Virus genome (UHGV): UHGV-0392850
DNA: 34,823 nucleotides
From: a virus
Reading direction: 5' to 3' (one strand)
The position numbers and the translations under genes were made by a program. Position 1 is the stretch's first letter, and every line of letters starts with the position of its first letter. Shown piece by piece: positions 34,702 through 34,823 of this stretch. Below the pieces are notes generated by a model. That model searched no databases. It had not been told where the DNA came from and saw nothing but the letters and a program-made list of their open reading frames with translations.

Positions 34702-34823
34702 GTAATCACTCCATTCTAAGATTTCATACCCATTGCTTTTATAGTACTGATACGGCGAAAACTCTCCTTTGATATAACATATTTCTTCTTCGCAGAATTC
34801 GTAATTTGTCTCTTTCAGGTAGC

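Noticed and set aside
1-34823. CRISPR arrays, insertion sequences and rRNA genes
   Set aside because: There are no regularly spaced short direct repeats with unique spacers, no transposase-like ORF with terminal inverted repeats, and no rRNA-like conserved stretches. The only mobile-element-type gene is the phage serine recombinase.

Overview
The whole 34.8 kb window lies inside a temperate siphovirus-type phage or prophage genome. Ribosome-binding sites are Firmicutes/Clostridia-style (AGGAGG, GAGGTGA) and no host flank is visible at either edge. Almost every gene is on the minus strand. Read right to left along that strand: an ArpU/RinA-like late activator, two tRNA(-like) genes, terS, terL, portal, SPP1 gp7-like head morphogenesis protein, scaffold, major capsid, head-tail joining genes, major tail protein, two tail assembly chaperones and a 776-aa tape measure protein. 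These are followed by a Dit-like protein and a 1607-aa Tal/tail-fibre fusion carrying collagen Gly-X-Y tracts and tandem modules, then a holin plus amidase endolysin. On the plus strand between the lysis and lysogeny modules sit a large serine recombinase, a lipoprotein moron and a cI-like XRE repressor. Divergent promoters with CTTGTT-N4-AACAA(G) operators lie at 10047-10152. Left of the switch is the early region: a Rha/KilAC antirepressor and a dense island of small ORFs, then an AAA_24 (Sak4-like) ATPase, a DUF669/SSB-like protein, an ERCC4-like nuclease, a CHC2 zinc-finger primase fragment and a 622-aa P-loop replication helicase. Downstream of the helicase is an ori-like array of GTAACA iterons. 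The leftmost ~2 kb holds a Lar-like zinc-ribbon protein next to a highly acidic small protein and further Cys4 proteins. I recover several small ORFs missing from the six-frame track because they are under 60 aa. All protein-family calls come from motif recognition by eye; no searches were run. Coordinates I derived by hand may be off by 1-2 nt.
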